The notes under the pieces are model-generated. The model saw only the letters and a list, made by a program, of their open reading frames with translations, was not told the DNA's origin and searched no databases. Below, piece by piece: positions 40,753-52,655 of a stretch of DNA of 64,000 nt. Position numbers and translations under genes: made by a program. Location: positions 185,194,001 to 185,258,000 of the forward strand of contig NC_042998.1 of the NCBI RefSeq assembly GCF_006345805.1, read 5' to 3'. Source of the DNA: Octopus sinensis (lineage: Eukaryota). Within the stretch, counting starts at the first letter, position 1, and each line of letters opens with the position of its first letter.

Positions 40753-41099
40753 TTTCCATTTGCTTATAAATATTAAGTAGAGAAGGAATTTAGTTTTGAC
40801 TATATAGTAATTACCAAGAAGTAACATTTAGCTTCGACCTTACACTAAAAAGCATTAAAATTGTATAAAAGTAGGCTTTGTTAGCATTTCACAAAGATCT
40901 CATTTTATGTCGAAGAAAATGTATCAAATCTACAAGAGGACTGAATACCATTTCTTTGAATTATGAAAACTTTTAATAAAATCATTTTGTTTTATTTCTC
41001 TTATCTTTTATTTTCTACTTAATTCATTCATTGGCCTTGCTAGTGCATCGCCTTCGAGGGTTTAATTGAAAACATGAGCCACAATATTAATTTTTTAAA

Positions 41100-41290
41100 G
41101 TCAAGTACTTATTATGTCGGTTTCTTTTGCTGAACCGCTAAGTTACCGGATCATAAACAAACCAACTCCAGTTGTCAGCACAAACGCGCGCGCGCGTATA
41201 CGACGGGTTTCTGCACAGTTTCCGTCTACCAAATTCACTTACGTCTATAGTAGATGAAATTCGCTCAAGATGCTGTGCAGTGGGACTGAA
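41100..41290 (-). mobile_element. Degenerate, deleted SINE A
   Basis: gaaccgctaagttac...acgacgggtttctgcacagtttccgtctaccaaat...cagtgggactgaac. Confidence 0.7.
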
Positions 41291-42058
41291 CTTGTTTAAT
41301 ATATTCATTCAATGTCTTTATAAAACTTTCCTTTGTGCCAATTTCCTCTTTCAAACTCCTACACTTCACCTCATAAACTAATTTTGATATTGGAGTTTAA
41401 ACATAGCTCTGTCAGATCTGTAATAATTGTAGCGGTACTATTAAATACTTCCAGAAAGTTCAAGGCTGCTAAAAAGATTCTCCGCTGAAATATAATTCAG
41501 ATTTGGTAAGCAATCGGTAAACCTAGACCGCAATACAATTCCAATGTTGGTTGAAACCATTTCATTTCACTTTCGCCAAGAATGCTCTGGAGAGAGGGCA
41601 GGAACACTATACTGCTAATTTTCTCTTCCTATACTTTACAGTGCCTTTGTGTCTAGACAAAAAGAAATCAATATTCTAAAAATATTTTCAAGAAAATAAT
41701 TTCCTGAAAACATTTTTTTTCTTCTTTCACTAATCTAGACCTGAACGAAGAATACGATGTTTATATTTTAAAACTGGGTAAATGCAGCCACAAAAGACAC
41801 GCATGACTGTTCCTTCTGTAAACATCTATGTTAGTTAAAATTATGAACCTGCATTTCTTGAATAATCGGTAAAAAGAATGTTTCTTAAAACATATTTGCC
41901 GATCATATTTTAAGGATATATCTTGATTTCTGCGCAGGATTTTTTTATATTCTTTTCTTAGTTTAGAAGATTGTCCTAGGAATGCATGCAGAAGTTTATT
42001 CTAAGCATACTTTTTATCAATACTCTTTTTAAGATTTCTAACAATGGAAATATTTTCT

Positions 42059-42473
42059 AGATCTTTTCGGTTTGACCGGCAGTTTTTAACATAATTTCCA
42101 CGTAACTAAACACTTTTAAACTTCGTATACTGGTAGAATGTGTTTATAAAACATCTTTTTCTCTTGGCTTTATTGAGAAAATTCTATAGTTTGTAAGATA
42201 TTTGTTGTTGTTTTTTCTTCAATTTCTGCAATTTCAACCAATCAATGACGTCTATTGAGGTGAAAACATTCTGTGCCGTATGAATATGTCCCTCGTTTAA
42301 GAAACAGATTGGGTTTATTTACATTTGTGAAGAAAAAAGATACCCTTCCCCCCACCCCTAACCTAACCCTAAAACAGATTGAAATGCAATAGATCGATAC
42401 TAGGGTTATAATTATGGGTGACAATTTCCTATGACACCGCTAGAAAAAACTGCCGTTAAAACCGAAAAGATCC
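42059..42473 (-). mobile_element. MITE family M copy 4 (inverted, shorter TTAGGG tract)
   Basis: TIRs with 1-2 substitutions; perfect TSD tattttct at 42051-42058 and 42474-42481. Confidence 0.92.
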
Positions 42474-42507
42474 TATTTTCTTGAAACATTTCTAAAATAT
42501 CTACTCT

Positions 42508-42910
42508 TTTAATTGTTCAGTCATTTGACTGTGGCCATGCTGGAGCGCCGCCTTTTTTTTTTAGTCGAGCAACTCGATCCCAGGACTTATTCCTTGTAAG
42601 CCTAGTACTTATTCTATCGGTGACTTTTGCCGAACCGTTACGTTATGGGGACGTAAACACACCAGCATCGGTTGTCTAGTGATTTTGGGGGGACAATCAC
42701 AAACACATAAACACACACACACATACATATATATATATACATATATACGACGGGCTTCTTTCAGTTTCCGGCTACCAAATCCATCCAGAAGGCTTTGGTT
42801 GGCCCGTGGCTATAGTAGAAGACACTTGCCCAAGGTGCCATACAGTGGGAATGGACCAGGAACCATGTGGTTGGTAAGCAAGCTACTTACCACACATCCA
42901 CTCCTGCGCC
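42508..42910 (-). mobile_element. SINE family A, full length
   Basis: Homologous to 22450-22836. Confidence 0.9.
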
Positions 42911-42939
42911 TGCTCGAAATATCATCTCATCGTATTTTC

Positions 42940-43130
42940 CTGTTGTTGTCGTTTAGCCCCAGGTCAGCCTTGAGTGAACAGACTCACTCAAATGCATTCT
43001 AGTCGTGACAATCTTGTCTCATTTGCATGGTATCTTGAATTTCATTATCCTATGTCTCCTTCCTTCTTTAAAGAAGAAAAATGTGACTGTTATTCCTAGC
43101 AGGCTGACACATAGAAACTCCCTTGTTAAC
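42940..43130. repeat. Old interspersed repeat family D (unclassified); relatives at about 34925-35000 and 49280-49495 (inverted)
   Basis: Shared gtttagccccaggtcagccttga...gcagac(c)tatgatcaaa...cc(a)gccgtgac(c)atc-like motif in the three places. Confidence 0.6.
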
Positions 43131-43207
43131 CCATATTCTGTAGAATTTTCGGAAGGCATTTCTGCAAACACTTCTGGTAGATATTTGTAGAATTTTAACA
43201 ACGAGAG

Positions 43208-43622
43208 GGCGGCGAGCTGGCAGAAATGTTAGCACGCCGGGCGAAATGCGTAGCCGTATTTCGTCTGCCGCTACGTTCTGAGTTCAAATTCCGCCGAGGT
43301 CGACTTTGCCTTTCATCCTTTCGGGGTCGATAACTTAAGTACCAGTTACGTACTGGGGTCAGTATAAACGACTTAATCCGTTTGTCTGTCCTTGTTTGTC
43401 CCCTCTGCGTTTAGCCCCTTGTGGGTAATAAAGAAATAGGTATTTCGTCTGCCGCTACATTCTGAGTTCAAATTTCGCCGAGGTAGACTTTTCCTTTCAT
43501 CCTTTCGGGGTCGATTAAATAAGTACCAGTTTCACACTGATGTCGATGTAATCGACTTAATCCCTTTGTCTGTCCTTGTTTGTCCCTTCTATGTTTAGCC
43601 CCTTGTGGGCAATAAAGAAATA
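43208..43622 (+). mobile_element. SINE B dimer (young tail on both units) with a single TSD
   Basis: Unit 1 is 43208-43440 and unit 2 is 43441-43622; TSD agaattttaacaacga (43189-43204) and agaatttttaacaacga (43623-43639). Confidence 0.92.
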
Positions 43623-43907
43623 AGAATTTTTAACAACGAAATATTCCTGAAATATTTTCTAAAATCTAATTTCGCATTAGTTTCTGAAAATAATTTTCTT
43701 AGAAACGGCCAGCTTCTTAGACAGATAAAATTCTAGGGACGTAATTCCCGATTGAAGCCGTTTCATTTACATCACTAAAGTAACTAATATTATTTGGAAA
43801 AAACATGGATATCACATTTTACGATTTTGACCATCACTGAAATATACGATAAATTTGCCGGATCAGGGCTGACTTAAGTCTTTTGTGGTCAAAATTTATC
43901 TTTTATC

Positions 43908-44109
43908 TTTTACTTGTTTCAGTCATTGGACTACAGCTATGCTGGAACACTGCCTTGAAGGTTAAGTCGGCCAAATCGACACCAGTAGGCCTGGTACGTA
44001 TTCCAGCGAACTGCTAGGTCACGAGGACGTAAACAAACCAGCATGTGTGTCGAATGGGAGGCGGGGGTAAAAACAAAGGCACACAGAAACACACATACTC
44101 ACATACATA

Positions 44110-44164
<55 letters not shown>

Positions 44165-44330
44165 GTGTACACGACGGGTTTCTTTCAGTTTCCGTCTATC
44201 AGATCTACTCACGAGGTTTTGATAGGCCCGGGGCGGTTATAGCTATAATAGAAGAAACTTACTGAAGATGTCGTGCAATGGAACTGAACCGAAGACCATA
44301 TGGTCGAGAAGAGGGCTTCTCAACAACACA
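43908..44330 (-). mobile_element. Degenerate SINE A
   Basis: tttacttgtttcagtcattggac tail and acgacgggtttctttcagtttccgtc core. Confidence 0.8.
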
Positions 44331-45120
44331 GTTACACTTCCGATCAATAGAACGGAATTAAGTTTTACATTAATTTGTGCAGGTATTTTCAAATAGTTCT
44401 GTGATAATACGATTTCTTTTAGCTTAGAAAAGACTACTTTAATTTATTTATTTCCATAAGCATGAGTTTTAATTTAAACTCAGTACCTGGTTTCAAAGGA
44501 ATGGAAATCAAGTACAACTTGAACTCTGAACAATAAATCACTGAACTAAAATTATTTAAACAATTGCAGCATCTAAAGGTTTGTCAGTGAACAAGTTGCG
44601 GTTTCAAAGCGACGAAAATATTTGACACAAATTAAATTTAAATGTTGAAGTGAAACTAACGGTTTTTGTGTATTCATAAATGGCTTGCAAACATCGTCCA
44701 CGCTGTTATTTGTTTTTGTTTCAGCGCGCGATCGCAGATCAAGTCACTTGCTACGCAAGTACATCTCCCTAAAATTATTTAGCAATGGATTTAAATACTT
44801 TGCGATACCTAGACTTCGTTACCTCGTTTATCGCATTTTGAAAATTTTTTCTTCCTTTAGTCTGCGGCCATGCTGGGGCCCCATCTTCAAGAATTTTAGT
44901 CGAATGAATCTACCCATTACTTATTATATTTTTGTAAAGCCTGGTACTTATTCTATCGGTCTCTTTGGCCGAACCGCTAGGTTACGGGGAAGTAAACACA
45001 CCAATAATGGTTGTCAACACAAAAGATCGAAGGTTTAAAATCAAATTAATCAAAATCCGATATATCCATTTTATATATATCTCTCTCCCTTCTCTCTTTC
45101 CCTCTATCTCCACACACACG

Positions 45121-45203
<83 letters not shown>

Positions 45204-45354
45204 TGTATAGAGGGCATTATTACACATAAATGCCACACGCTAGGAGGGACTTTCAAAGTCATTACTACCAAAAATAAACGAATCATACTGAATACAGCTC
45301 TCGAATTATTATTAAGATTTTATCCTTAATTGTTAAATATATATATATATATAT

Positions 45355-45409
<55 letters not shown>

Positions 45410-45426
45410 ATATATAATATATATAT

Positions 45427-45474
<48 letters not shown>

Positions 45475-45579
45475 TATATATATATTATATATATATACAT
45501 GTATACACATACGTATGTATTTACACCACACACACACACATATATATATATATACATGTATACACATACGTATGTATTT

Positions 45580-45610
<31 letters not shown>

Positions 45611-45635
45611 CATGTATACACATACGTATGTACTT

Positions 45636-45710
<75 letters not shown>

Positions 45711-45720
<10 letters not shown>

Positions 45721-46219
45721 TCTAGTTGTGTGAGTGTCTGTCTCCTACGATTTAGATTCCTAACTCCTCCCACATTTTGCGGTGCAGTTTAACCAATTCG
45801 GGTATCTATAGTCGTGATTCATATCGAGCCCGTCTGGCTATTAGCGCGCGTCTACGATGAGTCTACGATTTTAAAAATAATTTAACATAATTTTTTATTC
45901 CATTTTAATGCATAATTTTTCGTGTGTCGATGGCGGCGGAGTTGGCGTCCACGCTCAAACACCTGCACCTGTGTTGCTTCTCCCCCTTCTTCCCTCCCTC
46001 GTGAAGCTGTGGGGAAGGGAGTTTAAGGAAATCAACGTCGTAAAGCGTTGTCAAGGAGACCAGCGTTCTTTTAGAACAACGACTTCATGGCTTGAAGACA
46101 CCAAAACAGAAATGGCTAAGAAAGCCCGAATTGGCATCTATAAGGGAAGTAACTCTCTAAAAATGCTTATATAGTTATTTCCCTTACAAACCCGAGCAAC
46201 GCCGGGCGATACTGCTAGT
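45711..46219 (-). mobile_element. Helitron/Helentron-like family H1 copy (first of a tandem pair)
   Basis: Ends cccgagcaacgccgggcgatactgctagt (reverse complement of the H1 5' end); homologous to 5999-6635. Confidence 0.75.
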
Positions 46220-46731
46220 ATATATATAAAACTGTAGTTGTGTGAGTGTCTGTCCCCTTCGATTTAGATTCCTAACTACTCCCACATTTTGCGGTGCAGT
46301 TTAACCAAATTCGGGTATCTTATAGTCGTGATTCATATCGAGCCCGTCTGGCTATTAGCGCGCGTCTACGATGAGTCTACAATTTTAAAAATAATTTAAC
46401 ATCATTTTTTATTCCATTTTAATGCATAATTTTTCGTGTGCCGATGGCGGCGGAGTTGGCGTCCATGGTCACACCTGCACCTGTGTTGCTTCTCCCCCTT
46501 CTTCCATCCCTCGTGAAGCTGTGGGGAAGGGAGTGTAAGGAAATCAACGTCGTAAAGCATTGTCAAGGAGACCAGCGTTCTTTTAGAACAACGACTTCAT
46601 GGCTTGAAGACACCAAAACAGAAATGACTAAGAAAGCCCGAATTGGCATCTATAAGGGAAGTAACTCTCTAAAAATGTTTATATAGTTATTTCCCTTACA
46701 AACCCGAGCAACGCCGGGCGATACTGCTAGT
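46220..46731 (-). mobile_element. Helitron/Helentron-like family H1 copy (second of the tandem pair)
   Basis: Head-to-tail, highly similar repeat of 45711-46219. Confidence 0.75.
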
Positions 46732-46889
46732 ATATATATATATATATATATACTCATGCATACATACATACAAACATGCATACAAGCAAAAATACATTGC
46801 AGTTGATGTTGAAATTCCAATGAAGGAGTCTTTGATCCAGATTAGACAGCGGCTCTTTCTCTGTTGACAAGAAATCTCGAAATAAAATT

Positions 46890-47091
46890 GAACAATGACA
46901 TACATACATACATACATACATACATACATACATACATACATACATACATACATACATACATACATACATACATACATACATACATACATGCATACATACA
47001 TGCATACATAATATTGTCTTTAATCATTATCATTCATCAGCAACATCAACAACGATAAATGCTACCAAGCTGCAAAGCGAGAGAGGGTACA

Positions 47092-47131
<40 letters not shown>

Positions 47132-47135
47132 TGTT

Positions 47136-47168
<33 letters not shown>

Positions 47169-47190
47169 ATGTATGTATGTACGTATGTAT
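46890..47190. repeat. (TACA)n and (TG)n/(TATG)n microsatellites
   Basis: Directly visible. Confidence 0.9.
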
Positions 47191-47651
47191 GTATTGTGCT
47201 GAATGAGTACATATGTTGAATGAACTTTTCTTTGAAGTTATTGGTTGTTAGTAGTTCTTGGGTAATTCCATGTGATATCATCAGATTTACTGAGAGTCAT
47301 CTATAAGCCGCAATATTAGATCAGTCATGAATACTAGGAAATCACTCTTACTGCATGTTGACTCCTATTGGGTCAGAAAAGAAGGTACTCACTATTCGGT
47401 ATCCTCATGGGATATTGCGACTGAGTTGAGAGCTCGTGCGGTTATTAATCCTGGACATCTTCAAGAGTTGCCCGTCTCTTCTACTGCTCGAATTTTTACA
47501 GAGACAAAGGCCAGGCAATTTCAAGAAATGTTAATACTCACGCCATGAATGCATTTAGGAAGAACTTAGAGATCCAAGCACTTAATCTTAAATATCGCTA
47601 TCACCACCAACCTATTTTCGGTCTACGGGATTGTAACTGTTAATGGTCGTT

Positions 47652-47696
<45 letters not shown>

Positions 47697-49032
47697 CAGC
47701 AGCAGCAGCAATAATTGTAGTGATACTGAAGGATGGTGGTGATGCCAATGGGGACAGTGTTGGTGGTGGTGGTGGTGGTGTTTTAGAAGATGGTTTTGTG
47801 TTTTATCTTGAAAGTTCGCAACTGACGGTCATTTCACATAGAAAAAAGAGCAAAGAATGAAGAATATAAAAAGAAGAAAAGAAAGAAAAAGACAAAGGAA
47901 ATAAGAAGAAAAAAACAAAAAGAAAGGCAATATTACAGAAATTTTGAAAACGCGCAGCCGTCGTTACAGGAACCCCCACATTACCCACAACGTCACATGC
48001 CAAACTGCTGTGGCCGTCACAGCAGAGTTCCTCAGCTACCACCATCACAATCTCAACTTCCACCATCACTATCACCACCGTCACTACCACCACCGTCACT
48101 ACCACCACCATCAGCATCACCGTCATTACCACAATTACCAACAGCAACGCCGTCACGATCACAAATATAACTACCAACATCATCATCATCATAGTCATAA
48201 CTACTACGATTGATACCACCACCACCACCACCACCACCATCATCATCACGAGCACATTTGTAAGCACCATTACAATCATAACCACCACCGCCGCCGCCGC
48301 CGCTATCACCACCAACACCATTAGTACTTCCGTTCCCGACGAGCTGTGCTGTTATTATTATAAATAAATGTCTGTGTCAGCTTGTCTCATAGACATTTAT
48401 ACCGCTAGTAAATGTAGCCCTCGTTAAATTGTTATAGCATTCGATGTGGGTGTGTTTGCACTGATTTTCCATGGCCACACATGTCCGTTTGGTGATGACA
48501 GCATATTACCCCGGAATTGCATTCAATATTTACAGGATTCTTCTTTTTTTTTTTGCCAATAGTGAATGTCTTTTACCCTTTATCCACAAATTATAAACAG
48601 CGGACGACAAAAACCTTCTTTATAATGAATTCGTACGGAATATTTCATGCATTAACACACTGTTTATTCAAATTTGATTCCCTCTCCACTTTAGCTCCCA
48701 GCCGTCGCCTCACAAACTCTTCCTCTTCTCTTTTTTTTTTATCTCTGCTCCTTTCCTTTATGTTTTTATTTATTGTTGTTTTTATGTGCATGGGGTGTAT
48801 CGTTCAAAGGAATATTCAGAGTGTGAGTATTCTTCAGTGTGAGTATATAAGAGAACGAGAGAGATGAGAGAGTCGGGGAAAGCAGAAGAGAGTGAGATTT
48901 ACACGGACGGGGCACAGACAGAAAAGTTTAAGAAGTATTCGTACGAATTCACTGCAACAAAAAATGAGGGTGAACGTCTGCTTTCGTACAATCGGACTTT
49001 ATGTGGGATACTACCAGGCTGTCAATAATATT

Positions 49033-49260
49033 TATTTCTTTACTACCCACAAGGGGCTAAACACAGAGAGGACAAACAAGGACAGACAAACGGATTAAGT
49101 AGATTATATCGACCCCAGTGCGTAACTGGTACTTAATTTATCGACCCCGAAAGGATGAAAGGCAAAGTCGACCTCGGCGGAATTTGAACTCAGAACGTAA
49201 CGGCAGACGAAATACGGCTACGCATTTCGCCCGGCGTGCTAACGTTTCTGCCAGCTCGCC
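49033..49260 (-). mobile_element. SINE B, young tail type, full length
   Basis: Near-consensus; TSD ggctgtcaataatatt (49017-49032) and ggctgtcactaatatt (49261-49276). Confidence 0.93.
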
Positions 49261-50477
49261 GGCTGTCACTAATATTATTAATTAAACCAGCAGGGAGCTT
49301 TCTCTATGTGGTCACTCAAAATGGTAGCCAGATTTCCCTCGTATCTCATCATACTGTCTTTAAAAAAAGGGAGGACATGTTGGACAATTTAATTCATCTT
49401 AGAAAAAAAAGTAGGATGGTACAAGATGGAATGATTTTGATCGTAAGTTTGCTTGATCAAAGCTGACCTGGAGCGAAACAATAACAAGTAAACATTAAAT
49501 CGATATCATTACGATGTAATAGCTTCACACACCAACAAAAGAGCCCCGACATGATCTCTGGGCGGGCTTGAAATAGCAGCCATATCTCTCTCAAACGATT
49601 CCTCACATCTTTTAGAGAAGGTTACATTGGATAATGTGGTCCTAAATGCATTATACCTTGAAAATAAGATGGAGTGGCCATAACTGGATTACTTTCGTCA
49701 CAAGTTTGTTTCAAACAAAAACAATTGTTTGCACACGTCTTTGTCACACCAACGATTGGGTTACAATAGCTTAAAATATTTATAAACTATTTGCAAATAG
49801 TGATGCTTGTGGGGTGCTTCTGTAAATCTATTGAGTCGTTGATGTTTCACTGTTTACTGACTGAAGACAAAATACATTTGAATGGTTTCCCGTTGTTTTC
49901 TTGAAGCAGTTTTCAGTAAAACGTAAACTCCACAGTTAAAGCTAAAGAAATATTTGTCAGTGTCAACATGCAGCTTCTAGGTAATGTGGGAAAGAGATTA
50001 TACCGCTCTCTAATACATGTCAAGCCATCTATTTGGATGTTTGGCCTGCTAGAAATAATAACAAAATTTCCTTCAAACTACACCCTACCGTCTTCTTTAT
50101 AATGCAGGGGAGTCATTGGGAAAATGTAACGTCGTCCGGGGACAGTTATTTTGAAAAATATAAGATTGTTAGAGTTTTATAAGGATCCGTGATATGGTGG
50201 ATAACGCCGTAGTGATGAAAATAAACACCTCTATACATTAGTATTGTGCTATAATAAATAGTGAGAATAGCTGAGATAGGAAGTAGCAATCGCCGTAGTA
50301 GAAATACAGGGATGATGAAGGGATGTAAAAGTTGTAATAGTAGGAACTGGAGTTAGAAAAGATGAGTTATTCGCTTTAATTGTAAAGAAGGGTATGTAGT
50401 AAGAGTAATAGAAAGTGAGAGAGGGAGGTTAATTTTATATGATGTAGCGTGACTAATCAACAATGAGTATTATTAAT

Positions 50478-50851
50478 ACTAGCAGTATCGCCCGGCGTTG
50501 CTCGGGTTTGTTTCGACCCTTTAGAATTGGAATTTTTGAAAAGTAAAAATTTTGCATTATGTAGCTTGTGAACATTTTTCTGGTTGAAATACACTGAAAA
50601 ATGGCGACACAGCAGTAAAAAAATCGTATAAAAATAAGGATTTTCATAGAAAAAAAGCACCTTTTTGATGTAAATAATTTTTGGTGTTAACATGGTCCGA
50701 TTTGAATTTTTTCTTCTTCGGAAGGAAGAGCAAGCCTTCTATCATACTCTTAATTTTGGTCAACTTGCACCGCAGGCTCTCGGAGGAGATAGTGTTAGTT
50801 GAAGGCTACCAAACCTGCCATACACAGACAACGACAGCTTTAGAGAGAGAT
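50478..50851 (+). mobile_element. Helitron/Helentron-like family H2 (shares its 5' end with H1, different interior)
   Basis: Starts actagcagtatcgcccggcgttgctcgggtttgt; subterminal acttgcaccgcag resembles H1 aactgcaccgcaa; ends tttagagagagat. Confidence 0.65.
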
Positions 50852-51107
50852 AATATCAAAAATATTAGCTAATAAAACAAGAACTGAGATGTAACTCGAG
50901 AAAGATAGAGTACCCACAGCAGTAAGCAGTCGAACGTTAGCGCAAGTGTTCCAGCATTATTGTAATCAATTTATGCTGCTGTTGCTAGTACTGCAGCAGT
51001 TTTAATTGTCAATTGATTGTGATTAAAGGTAAAATAAATCGCAACATGATTCGAAATCAGGAATTGTAAAAGCTTCTACATGCATATATAAACATATACA
51101 CTCTTAG

Positions 51108-51338
51108 GGCGACGAGCTGACAGAATTGTTAGCACGCAGGGCGAAATGCTTTGCGGTATATCGTCTGCTTGTTACGTTCTGAGTTCAAATTCCGCCGAGG
51201 TCGACTTTGCCTTTCATCCTTTCGGGGTTGATAAATTAAGTACCAGTTTCGCACTGGGGTCGATGTAATCGACTTAATCCTTTTGTCTGTCCTTGATTGC
51301 CCCTCTATGTTTAGCCCCTTGTGGGTAGTAAAAAAATA
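51108..51338 (+). mobile_element. SINE B, young tail type
   Basis: Full head, core and tail; imperfect TSD atataaacata(ta)cactc on both sides. Confidence 0.92.
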
Positions 51339-52560
51339 TATATAAACATACACTCATATACGCACACATTAACACTCAGAAAAAAACCTACACATTCACC
51401 GACAAACACACACAAATACACAAACGTAGTAATATTTCATCGGCAAATGGATAGAATGGGAAAGTGTGTACCCAATACTTCCACAGAGGTTACAGCAACA
51501 ACACTTGATAACCAATAAATATTTACATAAATTATTACAAATCTACAGCGCATTTGTGAGATAATTTGGCATGTCACCTCCCACAATTACTTGCGCCATA
51601 AGATTACAGCTAGAACTGAAATTTTTTTTACACCACTGATAACACAAAAATACAAACACTTAAACATGTCCTACTTACAAATTAACAAGTAATATCTATT
51701 ATTAATTCCATCATTCATTGCTTCTTGAATTATAATCTCTTGTTTCTCCAAAGTGGTACTCTGCATTCACTCATTCACTCAATCGCTAAATGCAATTAAT
51801 AGTATTGCTCAATAATTATTATAGTAGGGGTCCTCAACAGTGGGGTCTTTAAAGTACTCTGTGGGTTATAGATCCTCTTTGAAAAAAATTCAAATCTAAA
51901 GCATTTGAGAGCCATTGAGTAATTATCGTCTTTTAGATAGTCTTTAGTGTCAGGATTTCATTAATTTATGCCTTCCTAAACATTGCCAGCGAGAGGAATA
52001 GAGGAGATACGCGGGGATATTTTTATATGTAAGGTTTTATGTATTATATCTGTAGAGTATACATGTGTAAAACATCAAATGTAGGCCATTACAAAATATA
52101 GTTTGGTCCCAGTATTATATAATGTTAAATGGGAATAACCTATTCTAAGAATCTCTAATTGTTTACACATATTGGTGTATTTAGTTGTCACGCTAAAGTT
52201 TTCTTTCATAATCTTTCGATCATTTAGCGAACCAATCACATCAATTGCTAATATCTAAGGCAAATTTATCTATGATTTAATTTTTCCTTTTATTGCTATT
52301 GTATGGGCTCACAATCACAATGGTTAGTTGCAGTAAATACAAGTGTTTCAAATATTTCGAGGAAATTGATTCTAGTTTGTTAAGTATGAAGAGAATAAGG
52401 TCAATGCTTTTCCTGACACGGAAACTATCCTCCCGGACGAGCTGATACCGACTTTCAAAAGCTAGTAGAACGTAACCATTAATGAATAAAGTACCCTTCC
52501 TAGAAATACAACAAAATGTCAACCGGGAATTTAAGCGCATATATATATATACATAATTAG

Positions 52561-52655
52561 GGGTCAGCTAATTGCTTCGCCACGCACCGAATTTAGAAAA
52601 GGAATTTTAGCTCCTATTTCTAAATTCGGTGCGTGGCGAAGCAATTAGCCGACCC
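52561..52655. mobile_element. 95-bp hairpin MITE (about 40-bp TIRs, TTAA-like TSD; Kolobok-like by termini)
   Basis: gggtcagctaattgcttcgccacgcaccgaatttagaaa ... tttctaaattcggtgcgtggcgaagcaattagccgaccc; 33 bp perfectly inverted; flanks ttag and ttaa. Confidence 0.75.

Noticed and set aside
44725-44758. Possible plus-strand 34-nt microexon after a strong acceptor (tttgtttttgtttcag)
   Set aside because: The donor (gtacat) is weak, the length is not frame-preserving and there is no supporting neighbouring exon.
48367-48402. Hairpin taaatgtctgtg...catagacattta as a miRNA precursor
   Set aside because: The stem is only about 12-13 bp, too short for a pre-miRNA.
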